From positions 1 to 25,301 of the forward strand of contig JAGHBM010000003.1 of assembly GCA_021160955.1 (NCBI GenBank): DNA of 25,301 nucleotides, in the 5' to 3' direction. The DNA is from Candidatus Aenigmatarchaeota archaeon. GTDB lineage: Archaea > Aenigmatarchaeota > Aenigmatarchaeia > PWEA01 > JAGHBM01. The position numbers and the translations under genes are program-made. The notes beneath the pieces are model-generated. The model searched no databases. It had not been told where the DNA came from and worked only from the letters and a program-made list of their open reading frames with translations. Positions 17,836 to 25,301 of the stretch are shown here, one piece after another; position 1 is the stretch's first letter; every line of letters starts with the position of its first letter.

Positions 17836-19410
17836 CTACTTCACATAGTATACTCTTGTCTTATATTTTGCAAATATACCATAATTCTTCAAATTTATTT
17901 CTTTCAATAATTTCCAATTCTCGGGTGGGTTCTTCATAAAATCAGGATACTGATGTCGATTTATCCAAGTGTAAGGATCCAACCACGTGATGACATAGGA
18001 ATCATGAATGAAAGAACCGTTGTTGTAATAAGGATCGGAACAGTTTATGAAGCCACACTCGTATATTTTAAGATTCTGTATGTATGTTTCATTGTATCTG
18101 AAATAGAACTTTAATTTGGAAATATCCCATCCGTCTGGTATGTAGATGGTCTTAAGTGGCATCTTTTCGAGAAAATACGCAGATTCTCTCAATGTTCCCA
18201 TACCGTTCCTAAGAAAGGTGTGACTCTGATACGTGTAATAAAGTGATGTAAAGACCAAAAACAAGATGGATGTAACTAAAAGGTATTTCCTCCATCTTTC
18301 ATTGTTGTACGTTAGAAACCTAGAAATGAGAAGAACAGATGGAATCGTGAATATCGTTAAGAATCTTGGATGCCTTGAATACAAACAGTAACTCATTATT
18401 TTTGTGCAGTAGAATTGAAGTCCATACTCAAAAAAGGAAAATAGAAAAATGAACCAGAGAAACAAAAATATAGAATTCAAATCTCTCTCGTACAAGAGAT
18501 AAGCAGATGCCAATACAACGAAATAATAAAAGAAGCCGAACATCGGAACATCATGTATCCACTTGAAATAGGATTCCTGATGGTTGAACATGACATTTGG
18601 ATACCACATAAAATCGGAATTACTGTTCTTGTCATGGGTAAAGGAATATGATCTCACCTTTTCTCCATAAAACCATTGACCGCTTAAAGTATAAAGGTGT
18701 AAAACGTATACACTGAACACCAAAGAAAATCCCAAAAAAATCAAAAAATATGTGAATATCCTTCTCTTAGTGAAATGCTTCCTAAATTTTGAACCACTGG
18801 ACAAGAAAAATATGAGTATCAAAAAAAGAAAAATTGGCAACAAAAGTACTGCGGTAGACTTAACTAAATACGCCAATCCCAAAAACAAGCCACTTAAAAA
18901 TGGATAGATGTATCTTTGATATTTCTCGGACTTTATTAATAATAGAATCGTTGTAGCAGAAAAAAATTGAAAAGGTATATCTGGTCCTACCTGACTCGCA
19001 TATACTATGTTCATAGGAAAAATTGACAGTAAAAATGCCGCTATCAACCCAGCAGAAGGGTCAAACAACTCTTTCCCCATGAAGTATATTACCACAATAC
19101 TGCCAAGAGAAGAAAGTATGAAATACATGGATGTTGACAGTTCATTTATTCCAAATAACTTCCAAAACAACACAACAGGATAATAAACACCTATTCTTGT
19201 TCCCCAGCTCACCGATGAAGGAGGTACGAATTTCTCATCCTTGTACATATGGGACGCAAACTCCAAGTAATACGAATCGTCATTAAATCCTATACCGACG
19301 AAGAAATACAATCTGATTGAGAGAGCAAATATCAGTATGAGAACTAACCAAAATTCAGGTTTCACTTTTTTTAGTTTTTTTACAAAATTCTTGGTTGGAA
19401 TTTTTTTCAT
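17836..19410 (-). CDS. GT-C fold glycosyltransferase (PMT/ArnT-like)
   Basis: FNDDSYY acidic motif, GLAYLVK, HPRFLTIF. Start moved to ATG 19410 (ATGA overlap with the radical SAM stop). Confidence 0.8.
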   Translation of the reverse strand: MKKIPTKNFVKKLKKVKPEFWLVLILIFALSIRLYFFVGIGFNDDSYYLEFASHMYKDEKFVPPSSVSWGTRIGVYYPVVLFWKLFGINELSTSMYFILSSLGSIVVIYFMGKELFDPSAGLIAAFLLSIFPMNIVYASQVGPDIPFQFFSATTILLLIKSEKYQRYIYPFLSGLFLGLAYLVKSTAVLLLPIFLFLILIFFLSSGSKFRKHFTKRRIFTYFLIFLGFSLVFSVYVLHLYTLSGQWFYGEKVRSYSFTHDKNSNSDFMWYPNVMFNHQESYFKWIHDVPMFGFFYYFVVLASAYLLYERDLNSIFLFLWFIFLFSFFEYGLQFYCTKIMSYCLYSRHPRFLTIFTIPSVLLISRFLTYNNERWRKYLLVTSILFLVFTSLYYTYQSHTFLRNGMGTLRESAYFLEKMPLKTIYIPDGWDISKLKFYFRYNETYIQNLKIYECGFINCSDPYYNNGSFIHDSYVITWLDPYTWINRHQYPDFMKNPPENWKLLKEINLKNYGIFAKYKTRVYYVK

Positions 19411-20444
19411 TTTCTTAGAACGTTTCCTATGATTGTTTGATAGGCCTCGCATGGAGTCCAGCACCCCGGACATTTGTTTTGTTTTATAAGCTCTCGTGTT
19501 TTTTCAGATAATTTGGATTTCCATATCTCTTTGAGATCATAACCGTTCTCTCTAAGGCTTCCGAGCTTCCTTTCCCAGTGGGTGCAAGGAAAAACGTTTC
19601 CCCATGGATCGATGAAACAAGAGGAAGTTAATGCCTTGCAAGGGATCGGACTCTTGCCGGTTTCATAGTATCCTTTTATTAGCTTCAAATACTTTCTCTC
19701 CAAAAATGGTATTGGTCCAAACCCACCTTTATTTTTGAGGACAAAATCAACATCCCTGAGAATTTTCTGCTTTAAATCCCCGACGTATTCACCTCGATTG
19801 CCATAATACAGGGAAGACACGTGGAATATGTTGAAATGAAAATTATCTATTGACACATTTCCTATCTCATCATCGACTTCCTTGATCGTATCTTCTATCT
19901 TTCCAAGATTGTACTGAGAGATTGTGTAACCGAAGAAAGTTTGAAATCCCGGCCTCTTCTTGGAGAGATCACGAAGTTTTTTGTAAAGACGAACGGACTT
20001 GTACCAATTCCCTTTGACTCCTCTTATGTAATCGTGAATTTTCCTTGGTCCATCGAGACTGACAACCAGAACGAATTTTGGGAAGTTGAGGTCTGCTATC
20101 TTCTTTGCCATTCTAAAAACCCTGTCTCCAAGCAATCCGTTGGTTGTAAGGTTCAAGAGGTAGGTATCGGTGTTTTCCCTTATGAATTCCGCTATCTCAA
20201 CGAGATCGCTGCGGAGAAAAGGTTCGCCCCCAGTCAGGTTCACCCAAGAAGGATCAATATTTTGGAATATTTTCTTTATCTCTTCAGTCGTCAACTCGTT
20301 CTTCGGTTTTCTTTTCCAGATTCCACAAGTCTTGCACCTCGAGTTGCAGAGGTACGTAATGGCAAATGTAATTTTGTATGGTTCGGGTAGTCTCATAAAG
20401 TTCGACTTCAAGACCCTTGAGCCAAGTTTCAAAATCTCAATCAT
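19407..20444 (-). CDS. Radical SAM enzyme with SPASM/twitch domain
   Basis: CNSRCKTC (CxxxCxxC), LTGGEPFLR, TTNG, VSLDG; C-terminal PCKALTSSCFIDPWGNVFPC...CPGCWTPC. Confidence 0.92.
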   Translation of the reverse strand: MIEILKLGSRVLKSNFMRLPEPYKITFAITYLCNSRCKTCGIWKRKPKNELTTEEIKKIFQNIDPSWVNLTGGEPFLRSDLVEIAEFIRENTDTYLLNLTTNGLLGDRVFRMAKKIADLNFPKFVLVVSLDGPRKIHDYIRGVKGNWYKSVRLYKKLRDLSKKRPGFQTFFGYTISQYNLGKIEDTIKEVDDEIGNVSIDNFHFNIFHVSSLYYGNRGEYVGDLKQKILRDVDFVLKNKGGFGPIPFLERKYLKLIKGYYETGKSPIPCKALTSSCFIDPWGNVFPCTHWERKLGSLRENGYDLKEIWKSKLSEKTRELIKQNKCPGCWTPCEAYQTIIGNVLRK

Positions 20445-21150
20445 TCAACAACCCCATCCTTATTTTAAAGGCAACCGTGAAAAATTCCAACATACTCCAT
20501 CTGGATAGTTTACTCTTTCCTTTCTTTCTGTCATAGAATATTATTGGAACGTAACCGATATTAAATCCTTCTGAATATGCCCTGGCAAGCATTTCCAATT
20601 GAAAAGCATATCCTCTGGACTTTATTTTTTTGAGATCTATCGACTCCAAAACTTTTTTTCGATATGCTCTGTATCCTGTTGTCAGATCATCTATTTTTAT
20701 TCCGGCCAGATTTCTCCCTATGAAATTTCCTCCCCATGAGATGAGTTTTCTATATAGACTCCAACCAACTACTTTTTCTCTTACACCGATGACAACATCA
20801 AATCCATCGTTTATTTTTTTAACGAACTCCGGTATGTACTTAGGATCATGAGAAAGATCAGAATCCATCTCGAAGATTATGTCGACACCATCTTCGATCG
20901 ATTTTTCAAATCCATCAATATAGGCAGATCCAAGTCCCATCTTTTTATCCCTTTTCAAGAGCCTGATGGGGTAATAATTGGAAATGCTTTCAACAAGATC
21001 AGCCGTTCCATCTGGTGAGTTATCATCAACTACCAAAATATCACCATGGATGTTGTTCTCATCGAAAACTTCAAAGATCCTGGGTATCAGAATACCCAAG
21101 TTTTCTCTCTCGTTGTAAGTTGGTAGAACTATTCTCACTTTTTGAGTCAT
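20437..21150 (-). CDS. GT2 family, polyprenol-monophosphomannose synthase (Dpm1/Ppm1)-like
   Basis: Motifs LPTYNERENL, VVDDNSPDGTA, GLGSAY, EMDSDLSHDP, DLTTGYRAY and GYAFQLE. Start moved to ATG 21150 (ATGA overlap). Confidence 0.92.
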   Translation of the reverse strand: MTQKVRIVLPTYNERENLGILIPRIFEVFDENNIHGDILVVDDNSPDGTADLVESISNYYPIRLLKRDKKMGLGSAYIDGFEKSIEDGVDIIFEMDSDLSHDPKYIPEFVKKINDGFDVVIGVREKVVGWSLYRKLISWGGNFIGRNLAGIKIDDLTTGYRAYRKKVLESIDLKKIKSRGYAFQLEMLARAYSEGFNIGYVPIIFYDRKKGKSKLSRWSMLEFFTVAFKIRMGLLND

Positions 21151-21821
21151 CTTTTGAACAACTCCGAGAATATTGTCATCAATATGTTCCAACCATCCCT
21201 AAAAGACCTCAGGTTTCCTTTACCAAACTTTCTTGACTTCTCAAAGCTCGGGACTTCCAGAACTCTAAGCTTCTTCTTAGCAGCCTTTATAGATATCTCC
21301 GTTTCTATACCAAAGCCATCCCTTTTCAGATCCAACTTATCTATTATAGATTTCCTAAATGCTCTGTAACCGTAGCACAGATCAGAGTATCTCATTCCCC
21401 AAAACAAATTGACGAGGAATACGAAGACCTTGTTTCCAAACTTCCTGAAGAGGGGCATGTCTTCTGTTCCGCCACCCTGGATGAACCTCGAACCCATGCA
21501 TATATCATATCCGGCCTCTATACCGGCCTTCAGTAGAATTATTTCTTTTGCTATCATTGAACAATCCGCATCCATGCTTATTACTATGTCTCCAGTGGCT
21601 TTTTTCATACCGAGTCTCAGAGCTGAGCCTTTTCCCTTGTTGTCGTAGAGAACCTTGCATCCGAACTTCTTCGCCACCTCAACCGTCTTATCCTTTGAAT
21701 ATCCGTCAACGACTATTATCTCATCAACTATTCCAAGTTTCTTCAGATCCTTCAGAACAATCGGTAGATTTTTCTCTTCATTCAACGTCGGAATTACAAC
21801 ACTCACCTTACTTCTTTTCAT
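21147..21821 (-). CDS. GT2 family glycosyltransferase (Dol-P sugar synthase-like)
   Basis: Motifs VIPTLNEE, VVDGYSKD, GKGSAL, SMDAD, GSRF and DLCYGYRAF. Confidence 0.9.
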   Translation of the reverse strand: MKRSKVSVVIPTLNEEKNLPIVLKDLKKLGIVDEIIVVDGYSKDKTVEVAKKFGCKVLYDNKGKGSALRLGMKKATGDIVISMDADCSMIAKEIILLKAGIEAGYDICMGSRFIQGGGTEDMPLFRKFGNKVFVFLVNLFWGMRYSDLCYGYRAFRKSIIDKLDLKRDGFGIETEISIKAAKKKLRVLEVPSFEKSRKFGKGNLRSFRDGWNILMTIFSELFKR

Positions 21822-22620
21822 TCAACCTACCTCTGAAATAGACAAAAACCAACAGTAATACAACAAAAATTAAACCGGAAACCCACAAAATTCTTTTGTC
21901 TTCCTTCCTTTCAACGACTTTAATTAATCCCCGGGCAAAGGAAGAGTGATATTCGGAGTCCTCATACTCTATAGATGCCAAAACCAAATAGGTACTTCCT
22001 GGAAGGGCACCAAAGGAAGAGACATCGAAAGATAATTTCTCTTCCTCTCTGGAACCAACGTCAACAGTTCTCTCTTCTGCGTCACATTTCAATTCATTCG
22101 GCAGGTAGAGTTTTATTTTGAGCCGATGAGTAGTGTCACCTATATTCCTAACAGTCAGATGTAGTTTTCCTCCGCCATCTTTTGGTATCTCGAGATCAGA
22201 GATCATTCCATAGATGTCAGAAGCAGTTTGTCTGCCGTACGACAAAAGATAAGGCGAGACCGTCGAGAACGGATACATGTTGGCATCGTGGTATATGGTC
22301 TTTATAACTATGGGATAGGTTCCCGGTAAAGAATTTTCAGGTATCTTTAATGTGAAATTACCGGACAGAGATTTTGTTGGATCGAGACGGTCCGTGAAAA
22401 TTGATCCTGAATAAGAAAATCCTCTTGGAATGATCGGCAATATACTGACTTGGTAGGCGGACTCATCCCCGTTTTGATCAACCTTAATTAAGAGTAAAAT
22501 CGTATTGTTGTTTATAAATTGGGAAGAAATTGTAGTAGTCATACTGATGTAAGTTGAGAGAGCCGAAGATGAAGTTACAACTAAGATAATCGCAAACAAA
22601 ACAATCGTAGGCCATCTCAT
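21808..22620 (-). CDS. Exported, C-terminally anchored beta-rich surface protein (S-layer/COG1361-like)
   Basis: N-terminal signal peptide, Ig-like strand pattern (LTVRNIGD), C-terminal TM followed by basic residues; N-glycosylation sequons NNT and NFT. Confidence 0.65.
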   Translation of the reverse strand: MRWPTIVLFAIILVVTSSSALSTYISMTTTISSQFINNNTILLLIKVDQNGDESAYQVSILPIIPRGFSYSGSIFTDRLDPTKSLSGNFTLKIPENSLPGTYPIVIKTIYHDANMYPFSTVSPYLLSYGRQTASDIYGMISDLEIPKDGGGKLHLTVRNIGDTTHRLKIKLYLPNELKCDAEERTVDVGSREEEKLSFDVSSFGALPGSTYLVLASIEYEDSEYHSSFARGLIKVVERKEDKRILWVSGLIFVVLLLVFVYFRGRLNEKK

Positions 22621-22653
22621 AAGAAAAGATTATTCTCAAAATTATTTAAAAAC

Positions 22654-23568
22654 TCATTTGCTGCTCAACAACACTATCCTACTGGGTTTGCTTTCGTTGA
22701 TTATCCTGTAGGAAGAAACTTCTTCTATTCTCTCCGCGAACTCTTGTATCTCATTGTGAAGTGGCATAGAAGTATAGGGCAACCTCGCCCTTGAGTATCC
22801 AACACTCATGAAACTCTTCACTTCGAGAAAGTCCGGTCTGTATTTTTCTACTATTTTGGCGTATCCTTCGGGATCTACAAAATTCAATCCCTTTACGAGA
22901 GTCAGCCTCACCACAGTCTTGCAAGAGAAGTTCTTCAAAAGGCTAAGGGATTTCATTATGTTATCCCAAGAATCAACGACGGGGTTGGTCGTTTTTAGAT
23001 ACACCTCTTTGTTGGGTGCCGGGAGTGTTATATAAAGGTTGGTCGGTTCGGACAAATTTTCAATCACGTGTGGATTCGTCCCGTTACTCACCAAGAACAC
23101 CGAAAATCCCCTTTCTTTGAAAGCATCGATCAACTCCGATATCTTAGGGTATTCGGTGGGTTCTCCGGCAAGAGAAATCGCAACTTGATTGGGATCCTGT
23201 GCTTCCTTCCATTTCTTTTTGTCCACGTTTGGGTTTCCCTTGAAACCGGACAGCAATTCTCTCTGTGCCTTTATTGATTCCTCTATGATTTCCTCAGGTT
23301 CATCATAGGGACCTTTCCAATTTGGATAACTTATACTGGTATCCCTCCAACAAAAGAGGCATCTATGTTTGCAGAACGGGAATGCAGGTGTCATCTGAAG
23401 GCATCTATGACTCTGTATCCCGTAGAACTTTTGCTTGTAACAAACGCCTTTACCACGCAAAGAGTTTTTTGTCCAGAGGCATATCTTTACGGCACTGTGT
23501 TTGTTCTTTCCAACGAACCTGTAACCATTTTTTTCGAACCTCTTCAAAGCCTTTTCAGGTATTATCAT
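22654..23568 (-). CDS. taw1: 4-demethylwyosine synthase TYW1/Taw1 (radical SAM, tRNA-Phe G37)
   Basis: Motifs HSAVKICLWTK, CYKQKFYGIQSHRCLQMTP, CKHRCLFCWR, ISLAGEPT, VSNGT and EVKSFMSVGYSR. Confidence 0.95.
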   Translation of the reverse strand: MIIPEKALKRFEKNGYRFVGKNKHSAVKICLWTKNSLRGKGVCYKQKFYGIQSHRCLQMTPAFPFCKHRCLFCWRDTSISYPNWKGPYDEPEEIIEESIKAQRELLSGFKGNPNVDKKKWKEAQDPNQVAISLAGEPTEYPKISELIDAFKERGFSVFLVSNGTNPHVIENLSEPTNLYITLPAPNKEVYLKTTNPVVDSWDNIMKSLSLLKNFSCKTVVRLTLVKGLNFVDPEGYAKIVEKYRPDFLEVKSFMSVGYSRARLPYTSMPLHNEIQEFAERIEEVSSYRIINESKPSRIVLLSSK

Positions 23569-24062
23569 TCGTCCTTCAACTCCTCAATCAACTTCAGGTA
23601 TTTCTTCGTGTCTTCATCTATCCATTTTTCGACTTCGTAGACTATTATATCTCCCTCAGTATCCATCGTAATGACATTTTTTATTCCCGCGTTGATGAGA
23701 ACCCTCTTGCACCTGTCACATGGATGAGAAGGTGTCGGTTCACCATTCGGGGTTTCACCGTAAATGTATAGGTCTCCATCCTTTATTCTCACACCATTTC
23801 TCGCGGCATTTATAACTGCATTCTCCTCGGCATGAACAGCAGGGCACACATCGTAACCTTCGTAGTGTGGAACCCCCTTTAAATCCTTAGCGCAACCCAC
23901 TTCGTCACAATTTATTACACCTCGAGCCGGACCATTGTATCCAGTCGAAACAATGGCATCATCGACGACTATAACAGCACCGAATTTTCTTCTGAGGCAC
24001 GGAGACCTAACTGAAACCCCTTTAGCAATACCAAGATAATAATGGTACTTATCAGGTCTCAT
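23565..24062 (-). CDS. dCMP deaminase / ComEB family Zn deaminase
   Basis: Motifs CLRRKFGAVIV, STGYNG, HAEENAV and PCDRC. Confidence 0.92.
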   Translation of the reverse strand: MRPDKYHYYLGIAKGVSVRSPCLRRKFGAVIVVDDAIVSTGYNGPARGVINCDEVGCAKDLKGVPHYEGYDVCPAVHAEENAVINAARNGVRIKDGDLYIYGETPNGEPTPSHPCDRCKRVLINAGIKNVITMDTEGDIIVYEVEKWIDEDTKKYLKLIEELKDE

Positions 24063-24087
24063 GAGAATTTATTGAGAAAATAAGAAT

Positions 24088-24634
24088 TTAAAAATTTTGA
24101 GTAAATTCTTTAACCAGGGTCTTCCACATGAGTTTCTTATATTCCTCGCTTCCAAGCATCTCTCTCAATATCTTCTCTGCCTCCTCATCAATACCATACC
24201 TCATAAAAGATTCAACGTAATTCTCATCTCCCACCATTTCGTGGATTGAATATTCTTCTCCGTATTTTAAATTGTGTTTAAAGAATGACACATTGAGGAC
24301 ATCGCAAATCTTTTCAACCCTATCCTCTTCCATGGTACTTACAGAAAACCACGCGGATTCATATCCACTCTGGTTAGATAAAATATATTTCACATTCAAC
24401 TCAGCCACATCTATTCCGTGGAGCCTAAGCTTGAAATGCCTTCTATTCTGAAGCATAAATATTCTTTCTTTTGATTCAAGACTCTCTTTGAATAGATTTC
24501 CTTTATTTTTTCTCAACATCCTCGACGAAATCTCTCATAATGTCTTCTATTTTGTTGTTCTTGAGAGCAATATCTGAATACTTAATCTCATCGCTCCAAA
24601 CGATGAAAAGGGAATAAGGATCAGAATCACTCAT
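24088..24634 (-). pseudogene. Orphan paralog of 24627-25178 interrupted by a 1-nt frameshift in an A6 run (24506-24511)
   Basis: ORF 24634-24503 (MSDSDPYSLFIVWSDE...MRDFVEDVEKK*) matches the N-terminus of the neighbour and ORF 24519-24088 matches the rest. Removing one A gives a 181-aa protein that aligns without a gap across the junction. Confidence 0.75.
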
Positions 24635-25178
24635 CTTCATCACCTGAGGAATTGTTCTCTTCATCAGCCAACAACGCCCATTTTATTTTCTTGTATTCAT
24701 CACCAAGCCCCTCTTGAAGCCTTTTCTCAATTTCCTCATCAATGTTGATTTTCTTGAGTGATTCCAACAAATTGTCTCCCACTATCTCTTTAACGTCACT
24801 CTTCCCATCGTACTTGAGCATGTATTCAATTCTTTTCTTATCTATTTCCTCTATGATCTTGCGGTATGTTCCGTCTTCCATCGAAACTACATAAAAATCT
24901 ACTTCAGCTCCACGTTCCAAACTATCTGGAATTATCCTTACCATACCTTCGTTGTGTCCATGAATTCTTATCTCAGACTTGCCATACTTACTGTACAACA
25001 AAAATATCCTGTCCTTTTTTTCGATTTTCGGACCAATGACACGGTTAATACATCTTTCAACATCTTCCGCAAAATTTCTAATAACTTCATAGAACTCATT
25101 GGAACCTTTCACTTTGTTTATGTACAATTCCTCGTTGTAAACCAAAAATGGTTCGTAAATGTCCACATCCTCACTCAT
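24627..25178 (-). CDS. Hypothetical protein, member of a tandem orphan paralog family (183 aa)
   Basis: ATGA-coupled to the upstream gene; shares N- and C-terminal motifs with its neighbours. Confidence 0.8.
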   Translation of the reverse strand: MSEDVDIYEPFLVYNEELYINKVKGSNEFYEVIRNFAEDVERCINRVIGPKIEKKDRIFLLYSKYGKSEIRIHGHNEGMVRIIPDSLERGAEVDFYVVSMEDGTYRKIIEEIDKKRIEYMLKYDGKSDVKEIVGDNLLESLKKINIDEEIEKRLQEGLGDEYKKIKWALLADEENNSSGDEDE

Positions 25179-25301
25179 TCTACATCACCCAACAATTCTC
25201 CGTATTTGTAGATCTTGTACGCCTTTGGGAATTCTTTTGAAATTCTCTTCTCCGCGTCTTCTGGTATGTGCTGTGGGTATTTCTTCAACAGATCGATCAC
25301 C
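25175..25301 (-). CDS. C-terminal fragment of a probable third paralog (5' end outside the window)
   Basis: Hand translation ...HIPEDAEKRISKEFPKAYKIYKYGELLGDVE* resembles the I-x-E-[DE]-x-E-K...Y-K C-terminal motif of the two downstream genes. Confidence 0.6.
   Translation of the reverse strand, partial: VIDLLKKYPQHIPEDAEKRISKEFPKAYKIYKYGELLGDVE

Noticed and set aside
2401-24300. The many 60-180 aa ORFs antisense or out of frame to long genes (e.g. 2408-2956, 14919-15452, 19941-20390, 23322-23771)
   Set aside because: They are fully overlapped by well-supported genes, lack motifs and have shadow-type composition.
1-25301. CRISPR array, rRNA or IS element
   Set aside because: No regularly spaced repeats, rRNA signatures or transposase motifs were seen.

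Overview
Archaeal genomic window: archaeal-type FEN1 and ThrRS, aTrm56, TYW1/Taw1, TATA promoters, BHB tRNA introns. It is AT-rich, compact and full of K/E-rich orphan genes, which suggests a DPANN-type lineage (inference only). From left to right it holds a secreted clan-CD (caspase/legumain-like) protease that runs off the left edge and was missed by the ORF track, an M50-like metalloprotease, FEN1, a membrane pyrophosphatase and ThrRS. Next come a tRNA-Gln(UUG) gene, an MFS transporter and aTrm56. An ~11.5 kb co-directional surface-glycosylation operon follows (3 GT2, 3 GT-C, flippase-like protein, carbamoyltransferase, radical SAM/SPASM, surface protein), then TYW1, a dCMP deaminase and a tandem array of orphan paralogs, one of which carries a 1-nt frameshift. 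The standout is the tRNA-Gln gene at 8590-8957. It is split into four exons by three BHB-type introns of 81, 40 and 171 nt at positions 15/16, 37/38 and 59/60, so about 79% of the gene is intron. The introns are highly structured, intron 2 contains a perfect palindrome that can sequester the anticodon, and a degenerate copy of the tRNA 5' end lies 102 nt upstream. All analysis was done by eye; no database searches or folding programs were run.
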